Positions 27,135 through 41,664 of a DNA stretch of 64,000 bases are shown here, piece by piece. The position numbers and the translations under genes are program-made. This DNA is from Lama guanicoe (lineage: Eukaryota), in NCBI GenBank assembly GCA_013239625.1, contig MU053304.1, forward strand, positions 372,001 through 436,000. Reading direction: 5' to 3'. Numbering within the stretch: position 1 is the stretch's first letter; the number at the start of each line of letters is the position of its first letter. The notes under the pieces were generated by a model, which worked only from the letters and a program-made list of their open reading frames with translations, ran no database searches and had not been told where the DNA came from.

Positions 27135-28414
27135 TTACATACATTAAATCTACTTTTATTTTTTGTTCTAAAATGTGCTTTTTTTTTTCCTTAATATCAG
27201 TCCAGGACCTCCACCTCCTCTTTAAAAAAAAACAAACAAAAAAACACCACCACACACACACACAGACACACACGCCATCCTCCAACCAGGTGAAAAATCC
27301 CCGGCGATTAGTCTATAACAAATATTGACACAAGGGGGAAAAAAAGCATGTTGAAATGTATTAGAATCAGAACCTGTACAAAAAAAAAATTAAAATATAA
27401 CCTGAAACTGTTCAAGTTCAGAAAGGCTAGTCAAGTCCTTTTCTCTTGCCAGGAGAATGCCATCATTAGAAGGCTCTGGGTCACCAGCCAGGGAGGGTGG
27501 GAAGAAAGAAACAGAAGCAGCAACAGATCCTTCACCAGACAGACGGGCCTCGACACCACCATCCCCACCATGGATGCAGCCAGGAGGAATTAAAGATCTT
27601 GGGAGAGCAAGTGTTGGCAGACAGCCCCAGTGGGCCACTGGGGCCTTCACACCAAAACCCAGTCTGAGTAGTCAGAGGCAGCAGGAAGTGTGGCCAGCAG
27701 AGAACACCAAGCTAGAAGAAACTTCCGCCACCCAGCAGACCCATAGCCCCCTCCACTGATGCTCAGATACCAGATGTTAGTCAGCCCAGTGTTCCCAACT
27801 AATGAGGGGCTGGAGCTGGGCTTAAGAGGCTGAAAACCCGCAGGTTTAGTAAACATAGCCCAGCATCACATCCCTCCATGGCCTGATCAGAGCTGCCAAC
27901 AGGGGATAAGGCAGGAGAAGGAAAACAAAGCATTTTGATACCTGGCTAAAGGGCGCCTGCACCATTGTGGGTACTGTGGTACATGGGGCTGGAGAAGGAC
28001 AGCCCCCCTCACTCAGAGAGGGGCCTCCTTCACAGCCATCCCTGTGGGCCAGTTAAAGCTGCTTCCAGCTTATGACCAGCCTGACAAAATGACATGAAGC
28101 AAAAGAAAAAGTGGGAGGGAGACAAGCCCTTAGACAGAGACAAGAACCTCCTGGAGGGAAGCTGGGCAGTGTCTGGCCCTGTTGGGATGGCATCCGAAGA
28201 GCCCCTGAGTCTGAAGGGAGCAACTGGGGAAGGGCGAGTAGGTGAGGGAAGGGAGTTGACGGTTCTTCTGGAACAGTACCAATGTAGGGGAGGCGCTGGT
28301 GAGGGGACGGGCAGGTCTGGAACTCACGGAAGGTAGAAAGGGGAGGAAATAGGCCCTTGGTGTCCCCTCCCCACCTGACCCAGGCCTGGTGAGTGCCAGC
28401 TGCCCCAGCCAGCC
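27135..28414 (-). other. COPS7B: COPS7B 3'UTR (about 1.3 kb; end approximate)
   Basis: Unique sequence after the stop, with U-rich tracts, ending at AATAAA (27160-27155) and a GU-rich downstream stretch. Confidence 0.75.
27155..27160 (-). terminator. Polyadenylation signal AATAAA of COPS7B
   Basis: Plus-strand tttatt. On the minus strand it is followed by gatttaatgtatgtaactgtggaatgtgggg. A second AATAAA at 26850-26845 could be a distal site. Confidence 0.7.
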
Positions 28415-28636
<222 letters not shown>

Positions 28637-31600
28637 TCACTAAAATAGGGGCCACTCAGAGAAGAAGCCAGAATCCTCTGCAAGAAAATCTGAGATTATT
28701 TTCAGAAACCCAGATGAGGAGAAACAAGCAGGGGCTACTCATGGAAGATACATGGAAATGAGTCATGCGAAAAAGTGGAACTAATGTTTTCTTGGTTGAA
28801 AACAGGGAATATGCCAAGCGGCAGCAGACCATTTGGCAAAAAGGTAAAACACCGTAGGTGAAAGAAAGCTCTGGTTAAAACAGCCTTAAAAAAAGAAAAG
28901 GTGACCCAAGATGCTATACTCAGCTAATTATTGTTTCTGTATGAAATCACAAATATTTCACAAGAACTTTAAGAATACAGTTCTTGAATAAGCAACTGAG
29001 GAAAAACGTCAGCCAACTAAGTGACAAATGACCAAAAAAATGGAGTAAAAAACTGGCAAAAATGCAACCACAGTACTCAGTATATGTTTCTTCACTTAAC
29101 AAAGGAGTGGGTCAAAAATATTTCAGAACTCCTGAACATTTTTCCATGTCAGAACACATATTCTCTCTAACATCTGTGTACTGTTCTACTATGACTGATC
29201 TACCACTTTTCAATTAGTTCCCAGTTTGTTTTTCACTTATGTATATGCTACTATGGACAGCCTTCCATGTTTACCTTTTGCATACTTTTGTGAATACCCA
29301 TGGAGGACATATTCCTAGAACTGAGCTTTCCACATCGCAGACTCTGCACACTTTATGCTTTGGTAACTATTGCTACATTGCCTTCTGAAAAAGGTACCAA
29401 CTTGTACTTCTACTGTGTACTCCCGTGCCCGTATTTATACACATTCCCCAATAGTTCTAATGGATCTTTTATACCTTTGCCCATCAGCTTGCTGAGAGGA
29501 AGGAAAGGGGGAGAAAAGCAGAGAAGAAAACATTAGCTTTTTTTTTTTTAATCATTAGAAGGAAGAAAGGGGAGACGGTTGGTGCAGAGTAAGGTATATG
29601 TTTGTTGGTAAGAAAGAGAAGGTGCTTCCCCTGTTTGGCAGCTTCCATGTTCCCTGGGAAGGTTTGGTTTTCCACAGAGCAAGAACGGAGTTGCCAGGGA
29701 CCATGGTTCTCAACAGTCAGAACATCAGGAGCTTGAGTAAGAGGCCGTCCAAATGCAGAGATGAGAGCGACACAAAAATTAGGTTCCTGGAGATCTATCA
29801 TCTGCAGAAAGATCCTGGACTAGACTGTAGGTCATTTTTCATTTTGTTTTTTGTTTTGATGTAGGAACAGCCATGACCCAAAACCAATGTCACCTTAATC
29901 AATGACTTTTCTGATAGGAGCATCAACAGAGGGCTGTGGACTGGGACAGTGAACACAGAGGGCAGTCTAAGTCAAGTCCGGATTTATCCTGTGTCCTGCC
30001 AGACCAAGAAATGCTATCTCAGAACCCCAGGCATCTCACCTCCTAGAGGCTCATTGCTGCTCTGGTATCTCTTGTTGAATAGTCACTTGGTGAGATAGTT
30101 AATTTGGAGCAAGTGGGTAGCTAGCCACTCTCTCTTGTAAAAGAGATGTTTGTGTTTGTTTCACTTCAAGGCATAGTTTGATGGCCTTAGAGACAGATTA
30201 AGAAAGGTGATTTCTCAGTTACCACTGCTTTATAAAATAACACTCCCAGGTTTGTCCAGTTTGATATGTTTTCTAAGCATTGTAAAGAAAATTAATTAAA
30301 ATCTTAAGAGGTCACAGCATGACTTAAGTTTATTTCTTTGCATATCAGTTACCTCTGACTTCTAACGTATTAAAAGATCCTGCAACCTAAAAATAAACAT
30401 TAAGAAAATGGAGGGAAATAAAAAAGGAGATTCATGCCTCATATTTTCAGTACCTGGGATACACTGCCTGAGGGAATTTGTTTTTAAGGTTTCGCTTTTG
30501 AGCTGACAAAATCTTATTTAAACAAAACATTATGAAAATAACAAGTTTTCATTATAAGGCCTGTATTTCCAAAAAATGGTATCTTTCCCACTTAGCAAAA
30601 CAGCTTTATTAAAAATAAATTTAAAAATATAGTTTCCTTCATTTCATCTTGGCTGCTAAACACCACTTAACCTTATTTCATCAAGTTCTTTGTGCAATCA
30701 TTTTCACTAAACAATCAGCTTATACTACAAATAATTTCCGATATTGATTCTTTCATTTAATATATCTTAGATTTACTGACAGCCTCATAATCCCTACATG
30801 AATAAGAAAAAAGTATTTAATCAATTCCCAAATAACGGGTCTACTTTCAATCCCTTGCATCTGTGTTTCTGATGAATCTGTCATTACAAGCATAGCAGAA
30901 GTTAACTGGCATTTTTCTTTAGTGGCCTCAGGTGACTTGGGCCAGCTTTGGCATCAGAGTATCCATGGTGGAGCCGAGAAGCCAGTTCCTGCCTGCCAGC
31001 CCAAGGAGCAGACTCTGTCCTGTGGCACATTCACCACACACAGGCCACTCACCAAGAAACTGTTCCCTGTCGGCCTCTCAACAGCCAATCAGCTCAACTG
31101 GCCCCAACTCTTTTGCTGTATATATACTCTTCCCCTACCCAAAGTTCAGCACTTCCCGTTTCAGATCCTTTATAATAACATGAAATCACAGGCTCTCACC
31201 CTAGTTCCCGAGAAAACCTGCTCTTCACCCTTCTCCATCCACAGAAGGATCTAACTGTGCTCTCTTCCTATCTAAACCATCACTCCGCAAAATGGTAAGG
31301 CAGCCTCCCCATCTCAGTGACTCAATTCTATTTAAAAGCCTTTGATTCAGGATCCTGTCAAAAGCTTTTAACCAAATAAACAGAAGCAAAGACACTGCTC
31401 CACGGCTCCACTCAAATGCCTATTTACCTTCTCAAGCAGTTTTTCTTATAGAAACTACCTCCTGACAAGCTATTATTTGGGGTGCTCAGTGATCATGTCA
31501 TGCCAGAAGAAGAAATGAGACTTACCCCAAGGAAAAACCTGGGCTGTTCACCATTTCTGAAATGCCACTCAAGATCCTGTCCTTTCCTTCCTGCTCCACA

Positions 31601-33164
31601 GCATGTGCCCTCCACTGGAACCACACTGGTGCAGGCCTCATCCTCAGAAGCACTCCATTGGTTCTGCCTTGATGCCTTTCCTGCACCCCGTTCCAGCCTG
31701 GCGAACTTCCTCCTTTGCTAGCCGCCTCTGACCCTACCTCTTCCTCAAACCCACCCTGACCACTCTAGCCAACACTGACCTGCCTCCCTAAGCTACATCG
31801 CCTGGCAGCACCTCTCACTCTTGGATGGACAGCTTCCTCTGTGTTGTGTCTCCTCTGTTTCAGGGGTTCACATCTAGCTTCCAGTAAGACTACGTACTGA
31901 CAAAGTTAAGTCCTCCTCACTTGGGTAAACAAACCATAGAGAAAAAGAGGGGTTCTTGGGCAAGTGTCTCTTAGCCTAAGAAATGAGGCCTTTTATCCTT
32001 AACAAGGCCTCAGCCTGGATGGGGGTGACGCAGCTCCTATCACACTGGGGCCTATCACAGATAAGCTTTGCTCAAGTCAGTCTGATTGTTAGTATTTTAA
32101 AAACACGGAACTCACAAAGGAGACTGCTGAGCCAGTGACAGACTCTCAGAGCTGAGGGACAGGTAAGAGTCCTAGCTTTCTGTAATAGCCTCACGGGTCT
32201 GAAAGTAGACAGCTCCTTCTGGGATCCAAGAGTGGCTAGCCAGGTAGGCCTACCAACGAAACCCACAGAACACATCTGAGAAGTCTAACTCCTCTTTCTC
32301 AGAGCTGCCCTTTAAATGATGACTAGTATCCCACAGACTTGTCTTCTTTGGCCTAAATGTCCCTAATCTTTTCTAATTTTCTTCCTTGAGTGGACTGGCT
32401 TGCAGGCCATCCCCATCCTATTACCCCAGGTGACCTAGAGTTTGTCACACCCCTCAAATTACGGGCCTTAGGAATTTCCAGATGGGCCTGCACCTGCTAA
32501 CAAAGTCACAGCCTAGCTCTATCAGAGACCTTAAATATTCAGGCAAGAGGAGAGAAAAGTGTCCCAGTGTAGGAAAACTTCTTTCAGCTGTGGGGCAGAG
32601 CAAAGGTAGACAAGAGGTAGAGTGCAGAGTCAGAAAAGTGCTCCAGAGAAAAGGAGATCAGGGAGATGGAGAGAACAACCCTCCAGAAGGCATGAGAAGC
32701 ACACTGCTGGTGCGCTCTAACAGCCAACAGGCTCGAGATCTGTCATTAACAACCCCTGGGGGATTTTCTACATAAAGAAAAACAGAGTTTACTGTGTCCA
32801 ATTATGCTCTATTACCTACAAGACTAGAACACAGCCTACCTTGTAAATGTAGCACGTGCTATATATTGTCATTCCAGAGAACATCAGGCATAAGCACATT
32901 CAAATAGAAAGAGAAATACTCTCCAAAACCGAATGTAAATAAGGTGCTTGGTGGAGGTAATCATTACCTCCCCTCCAGAGTGTTTGCTCAGAGATAATGA
33001 AACAGCTCATAATGTTACTGTTCTATCTCCTCCAGGTATGCTGGAATTGTAGCTAATTAGTTTGTGTTATTTCTGTGAAAGGCTAAGAGGACAGAATATT
33101 CTTAGGCAGTTTGTGATGGGGCTGACTTCATTAAGAAAGGAAGGCTCTTAAAGCTAATACTCAC

Positions 33165-33221
33165 CAGAAGATAGCTGCTGTTATAAGATTTTGGAGGGAA
33201 AAAAACATCAAGTTTTCCCCT
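33165..33221 (-). CDS. COPS7B: Candidate alternative cassette exon of COPS7B (57 nt, between exon 6 and the last exon)
   Basis: gattgcttattctcag|AGGGGAAAAC...CTATCTTCTG|gtgagt. Consensus donor, no in-frame stop (RGKLDVFFPPKSYNSSYLL). Resembles a recalled human isoform insert, REKRDVPLLNLITTAFFW. Confidence 0.65.
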
Positions 33222-35298
33222 CTGAGAATAAGCAATCTAATTTAAGGACAAATAAAGAAAAAATCAACTCAGCTGAGAAAATGACTACAAAAGTTAGGTT
33301 ACAAGTAACAGAAGCATAAATCCAAGCAGAATAGAACAGAATTACAACTTTAGTCATGGTAGATTTTTCTTTTCAAGTTAACAGATATTTAGTCAGCACC
33401 CTCTCACTAAATGTGCCTTCAGCTGGGGGACAATCAGTATCCTACCCATAGCAGATCATGCATTTGTGAATGGAAAAACTGTCAAGACTCTGGGCTTTGA
33501 CCATTATCCCACTCTTCTCATACTTGTCTGTTCCAGGTTTCCTAGAAGATTATTAAGTCAGTAGATTGTTCTAATTGGGAGTGGAGGTGGCCTCGGTGGG
33601 TTTCCTCAAATTTCTCTCAAACTTAATCAAATCACTACTGCCACCTGGTGGCAGCATTGGGCTCTGCCAGCAGGGGCAGCCGGTGCTGTGTTTTCCTATA
33701 GTGAGCAAGTCCCTGTGTGCTGGCTCGCTCTCTTGTTTAATAACCATAATTCAAGGAGCCCACACTGTTGTAAAAGTATTGGTTGTGCCTCAACATTAGG
33801 CAGTGCCTTCTTTCATCAAATGCCATTTGTCACGAAAACAAACCTGAGCCATTCAAAATTCTAAAACCAGTATCATTTATTCAATTTTGCTAACAACCGC
33901 AATCCAATCCCACCACCTACCACACAATTAGCAACTGTCCAGGCACAATCAGGCTCTTCCCGGGGTACCAACTAGGTTAAAGATGGTCTGTTTCACATGG
34001 GCTATCCCAGGGCAGGTAGGCGTGTTTAGCTTCCAAACCTCATTTGTTTCCAGGGTTTGATTTAAAGAGAATAATCAGTGAAGAAGAGAGTGGTTACCCC
34101 TTCCTACTTTGCTCAGATATCAATCCCAGGTCAGAGAAGAGACCACAGGGTTCAAGCAGGGGATTACACAGCTCACTAGAGAAGCAGCAGGCTTAACTGT
34201 ATCCGTCTCTGACTAATGCTGAATTATAGTTCACACTTCTTTGGCTAGAAGATTAAAAATTAACAATAGATCAAACATTCACAGAGTAGGTATGTATATG
34301 TATATAGGGGTGTGTGTGTTTCTGAAATAAATTCACTCTAGTTCATGAAAACCAGGGTTCAGCAGCCCACTGACACTTGGAGGGTGTGCCTGAAATATAC
34401 AACAGTCATTTGAGCACCTGTTATGTGTTAGACATGGGACAAGGAGCTGACCTTACCAAGGCCAGGTTTTATTTTAAATGAGACACAGGTTTTATTTTTT
34501 AGGAGTACACACAACAGAGTAGGGGAAATCTTCAAATTCCAAAAATCCTCCTTTGGTAGGCACAACTACTTATTTCTTACGTTCCTTGGCTGTTACTCAA
34601 TCTCTTGAACAGCTGACATAAAATTCATTAAATACCATTAATGCTTCAAGCTCTATCACTCTAGAAAAGGACTTTCAATGCCAAAATTCTGATCTCAAGG
34701 GCTCCATACAAATCAGGCGATGGCTCGACAGGTATCCAGGCTATATGCTCACAAACACCCACTAATCAAAGGCTGGAGCCTGTGTCTCTCCCAGAGGCTA
34801 AAACTGTTCTGAACAACCAAGTGTCTACCACCACAATCACATTTCTACCTTCACTTGCATTTTACCAACCAAATTTTTTCCCTTTCTTCTTTCTTTAGTA
34901 TGAAACATATCATGCATTTTAAAAGATTACAACATTTTACAACAGTTTAGAGAAGAATAAAATGAACACTGTGCATCTACCACACAGCTTAAGAAGCAGC
35001 AGTACCAGGGCCTTGAAGCCCCATGTGTCCCTGCCCAACTACATCCCTCCCTCTGCCTGGCCTGGTAACCACCATCCCTCCACTCATCTTTAAGACTCAT
35101 CCCCAGACTTGTTTCTTTTGCTCTACAGCTGCAAAGTGCATGTGTACTGAGGAATTATAAGGCCTTGTGCTCTAAGCCCGCTCACCCTCTGGTGACCAGG
35201 AATCAGAAAGGAGACAGAGAGCACCAAGAGCAGGGCCCATGTCACTCATCTCTACCCCAGTCCTGCCCAGGGCCTGTTTGTGAGTGACCTCTGGTTTA

Positions 35299-35691
<393 letters not shown>

Positions 35692-37288
35692 TTACAGCTT
35701 TAATTTCCAACCTTCACATCCCATGGGAAAGCTTCACTGGCTGTGCAATTAAAGGAGTTAGGAGCGACGTTAACAGGCGGCACTGATTAATCTACTTCCC
35801 TGTGCAGAAAAAAGTATTTTCTCAAAGCATCCTATTTTGAAGATTGCCCTTTATCTGAGAAGTGTGTTACTTCCTAATTCATTATTTCATGTTCCCACTT
35901 TTTATTTTGAAAATCTTAAAACCTAAAAAAAAAAATTAATAGTACAAGAAATAGCCACATACCCCCACACTTCAGAGTCAACAGCTGTGAACACTTTGCC
36001 ATATTTGTGATAGCACTCTACATACCAATTTTGTTTCAAATCTAACTTCAATGTCTAAGACAAGTTGTAAAAATTTGTACTACTAAACATCCTAGAATGG
36101 GGGTTAGGATTGCCCCACTGGGTGCAAACACACTGAAACCAAACTACAGAGGTGAAAACTGTGTCAGCCACCTCAAAAACAGAATAAGACAGCCAACTTT
36201 AGTGGGATTGGAAACCTAGATTTTGTATGCCAGACCATTTTCATGCTAGGGGTATTTTCTAAGATTATTTCCCGTTTATTCCGATTTAACAGTTTTACAA
36301 TCTTTTGAAAGTTCCTGCCTGTGTCAGACGTTGTAAAGGGAAGGTGTCTGGGGTCACACTTGGGACAGAACTTGGGATAAAGGGTGGGCAGTACATGCCC
36401 TGGGGTCCAATAGTAGCCGAAGTGACAGAAATGCAGGGGCTTTTGGACATCCCTGGATATACACTTCTTGAGGCTAAGCCAGAGAGTCAGTCTGTTTTAA
36501 AGAAAACAATTTCCTTACTCCTCTGTACAAAGTCTGCCTGCCCTGCCTCATGACTTCCAATATGCCACGTGCCCACCTGGGAACATACTCTCCTCACCTC
36601 CAATGATACTCCAACTCTGGCCCTCCTTCAAAACTCAGCTAAAACCTCTTTAACTAAGTCCATCTAGCTTTCTAAGTCCCAAATCATTTGAATAACTCCT
36701 TGAAGGATGTGCCACAGCTCTTGCAAACATCAAATTACATTTAAATAGAGTATATGCAAATATCCCACTTCCTTTTATATTCCAGAATATGGTTATCAAA
36801 TATTCTGTGTTTGAGTCTCTGTTCCAACTTAGAATAACCTATTCCTTTGTGTTCAGTATCCCTCACAATGTTTTACGAACACTAGCCCAATGTTACTGAC
36901 ACTGAACATGGGTTCTCTTATCCAAAGAATCTTTACAAAACTAACTTCTTGAGCTTGGTCAAACTCTGAGGGTGAGTTTGCAAAGTGCAAAGTCAGTATC
37001 ACACAGTGAGGCTTCAAAGGCTCCACCTGCCAACCCTGGGCATTTTACGACATGCTACTAAACAGACCCCAACCATACAGGACAAGAACTATTTTACAAC
37101 CAAGACACTAAGAAGCCTGAAGCGATTTCTGCTGTCATACAGCTGTAGTCACAAATGCAGCCCCTCTTTGTAGCTTAACTGTCTCAAGGCCCCAGCTCCA
37201 GGCAGCCCTACATGATACCTGGAGACCACATTTCCCCAAACAGAGGCACAAAGGGCATGCTAGATATCCTCTCCTTCTTTGAGCCTCA

Positions 37289-37537
<249 letters not shown>

Positions 37538-39048
37538 TTAAAGAAAATGCAGGTATTACCAGATAAACAACAGCTGCCTCAGAGCTTTGGGAAATGGGGT
37601 ATAGTGGTAATTATTAACATCTATGGCAACAAGAGATGAATAAATGAGCTGTGAGACCTGTGAGATCCAAACAAGACCCACAGCATCTAGGCATGTGTTC
37701 TCCTCAGTCCTCCACCCCCGGACTTCGCCCAGCTTCCAGCTTTCATGCTCTGAAGTATGCTCTTAGAGATCCCAAAGACTCTTTACAGAGGAGAAAGGGA
37801 AATACTCAGTATACGGCACTCTGCTGCCTTCTGGAAGCTTGTAGAATTTGCATAAGTGCCAGATCATCACAAAACTGCAAACAATCTCAGACACCGAGAG
37901 ACAAACTGGCTGTGTGCCCAGCACAGAACAATTACAAAAACTTACAGGCTAACACATCCACCCATAGGTGGTCAATAGGTAGTACTGGCTCAGAGGTCAT
38001 CCTGAAATTTACATATGTTTTCTCTGTCTCTTAAAACCAATGTCAGTTCCCCAACAGTGGTCCTTTATTAGGCTGTACCAACATTCTGTATGACTCCAAG
38101 ACAAGTGGATATCTAAGTATCCAGTTTTCTGCAAATCCTCTGACACATCACTATTAGTTTGCAAATTAACACAGCAATCAAATCTGCAGAAACAGACAGG
38201 AGGAAGATGTATGCGGAGAAGAGGGCAAACATTAGAGGGGGTTTTCTGACTAAAGATCTGAAATTCAGGGGTGGTACATGTGCTTACAATGACAGGTTGC
38301 AGAAATAAGGGAAAAGGCAGTCCTACTCTTCGCTACACTTGAGAGGTCCATGACAAGGACAAAAAAAGGTCAGATTCTCATTTCCTAACAAAATAGGCCT
38401 CCCACCCGAAATGCCAAGCTGAGAAATAGAAATTTATTATGAGACCATGTAAAATGATTTCAGCCACTGAAATAGCAATCCAAGAACAAGTATACATCTC
38501 TCAGACTCAATCAGAGAGGGGAAATGCAAAAAGCAAACTGTTTCAAAGGCACAGACCCACAAAAACTTAAGACATTTAAGCTGGGATTGGCCAAAATCAA
38601 CTATAAATTAATCGAACCTGTATCATCTTTGTTAATGGCTATGAGCAGCTGGTTGCACGTCTTCTAAATCGAGTGGGGCAGAGAACTCAGACATACAGTG
38701 GAGTGGTATCTTCTAGAAGGTTAGGGTCAAAAGTTAGCATATAAAACAAAAATCCCAATTAGTATAATTAACCTTGAAAATCCCTAGAGGAAGGCAGCAT
38801 ATTAAAAATCTACCTTAGTTTTTCCTCCAGCACTGGCACAGTTCACTGTGCTCTGAGTAACTGAAGTGGTTAGCTTGCCTTGATATGCCTTGCTGTTTGA
38901 AAAATCTGTTTCTTGAAACAGCAGTCTCCTTTAAGCATTACAAAATGCTCACACCACGTGACATACCACAGCATGTCAAAACTGAGACCTGCTGATTCAC
39001 TACCACTCCTGGACACTTTTCCTAAATCGAATGGTGAGTAATCGCCTA

Positions 39049-39303
<255 letters not shown>

Positions 39304-41588
39304 TCAGTCCCACCCACCACAAAAATCAAGACACAAAATAAAATTAGGATTTCTTTATGGAATAAGTACACCAACTCCCCACATCAAACCTACTACTGAA
39401 TCACTGTCATGACTCTGCACTTATTTGTTAAGCAAATGTTCCATGAGCACCTCCTGTCTTCTCTGAAATATCATGTGCTTCCAAAGAAGAAAAAACTGAA
39501 TCTCTACACATAAGGAGCTTAGTCTACTGAGAAGTCACGTATGAATGCACAAAATGATATGACAATTATCTTAAAGGAATACTATTTGTGCCCTTTGTGA
39601 CATTCAATCAAGTTCAACATGTCTTCACTGAGCATCTGTTATGTGCTATGCCCTGTCTTAAGGGATTCAGGGGAATCAAGGATAAATAAGATGGGCCTTG
39701 TCAGGGCACTCCACAACTCCAGGAGCACCAACTACCACCCAGAGTTGTGTAACTCAAAGACCTTAGACTTGTCCTTGGTCTTACCATTAGATGTTTCAAC
39801 AGCTACAAATGCAAGACACAATCACCAAAAGAAAGGTATAAATTACCAGAAGAGAGCCAAAGGGTTAAGAGGAGGGGAGAGGCAGAACGGAAAAAAGAGA
39901 GAGAGAAAGAGAGAGCGAGAGCAAGAGAGTACGCAAGTGAGTGAAATCACACTGGGGAGACACGGGAGAGAAAAAGGAAGAATGGTGGAATTTGAGATGT
40001 TCCCTGAAGGATGGGCAAAAGTTTAGTAATAACAGTAATGATAACAACAGCACTGGCAGCAGCCACTGGTGACATATAAGACAAGCTTTACTTGGTGTCT
40101 AAGTGCAAACACAAATCCATAAATGAGCACACACATCCACTTAATCCTCACAGCAACACCACAAGATGGATTCCAGATATGTCTTCAATTCCTTATCCAT
40201 AACCCTGGATTCCAAAAAAGGTGAATCCAAACTAACATTTTTTCCCTTGAGCACAGTGCTGAGATTCATCTGGTGGCAACTCATTTAAATTGAGTTACGC
40301 TTTTTATCCCATTTGTTGCAAATATTCATTTGTTTTGCTGCAAAACTATGAATGTGTTAGACTACCAGTGTTGCCCACATCGCTCAAGTGCGTTACATAA
40401 AAAAGTATATGCATCATATTACCTTTTTAAAGTCCCCAAAACTCTAAATTCTGAAACATCCAGCCCAAGGAGTGCAAGTAAGGGACTGCGGATCTTTCTA
40501 TTACTCCCATTTTAGAGATAAGGAGATTGAGGTACAAAAGATTATTTAATTTGCCAAAGGACACACGCCTAGTGGAAATGGAAATAGAATATAATGCAAG
40601 AATCCTGGTTTCAAAGTCTGTTAAATGCTGCTCTTAAGAGAGGATGGAAACAAAGAATACAAAGCAAAGGTCAGAAAAAGCTGGAAAGTGGCAAACCATC
40701 CAGTCTGACAGCAGCACAAAGTAGAAGTGACCAGGGAGAAAGAAAGTGAGAAAAAAGGGGAAGTCAGGGATATAGTAGGGAAGACCCTGAGTCATACCAC
40801 TAATATAAACTGCCAGGCCTATGTCATACCACTAAAATAAACTGGGGAAGCCAGACAGAAATGGCTTGGGTGGAAGGTAAGTTAGTGTCTGGACAAGCAC
40901 ACACCTCATTCCTGATATTTAAGATTCTAATTTACGATGATTCAAATGATTTACAAAAGAGAATGGGGTAAGTAGATTATGGAGTATTAGATTATGAAAT
41001 ATTAAAAGTGACTACAACGACTTAAAACATGGATAAATGCCTATGAGATAAGTGAAAAAAGCAAGATATAAAATTGTATACACAATCTAATATCACGAAC
41101 TACATATCAGAAGGTACAAGCACAAGGGGGAAGGTACTCCAGCACCATAATGCTGACAGTAGTTTAATGGTGGTACAACTATGAGTAACTTTTTCCCCCT
41201 ATTTTCCAAACTTTCTTCAATATGGTGATAGTATTTAGATAATATTTAAAATGCTTAAATACTTTACAAGTGGGTATTCTAACGTTTCACAACACTCCAA
41301 ATGTTCTGCAAACACCAGTCCTCAAGAATCTCATCTGGAAAATAAACAAGGGCTATATTTATGGATGAGCATAAACATAGCCCCCACATATCCACTGGGA
41401 AATACAAGGTGAGAAGGGAAAGTCCTCATGTGAGGTCACCTACAGGACACAGTAAAATGGGAAACAGCCAGGTTAAAAAGTTCCCACCCTTTGTTTTGTA
41501 TCCCAGACCTCAGTGATCCTCATGAAGACAACACATCCAAACAGAGCAACATAATTAAGAAGACTTTGGAGGATCTTAACCAACTCAC

Positions 41589-41664
41589 CTATGTAATCTG
41601 GGTATGTTCCATAGGCAAACAGGTTCAGCAACTGCAAATAAGCAGCATTAGTTCCTTCTGCAAG
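41589..41664 (-). CDS. COPS7B: COPS7B exon 3 (76 nt)
   Basis: ttttttttcttctcag|[25 protein letters not shown]+G|gtgagt. Phase is consistent with both neighbours. Confidence 0.97.

Noticed and set aside
35180..35197. Further CTCF-like motif GGTCACCAGAGGGTGAGC (minus strand)
   Set aside because: A weaker match at the conserved GGC end; cannot be supported without scoring.
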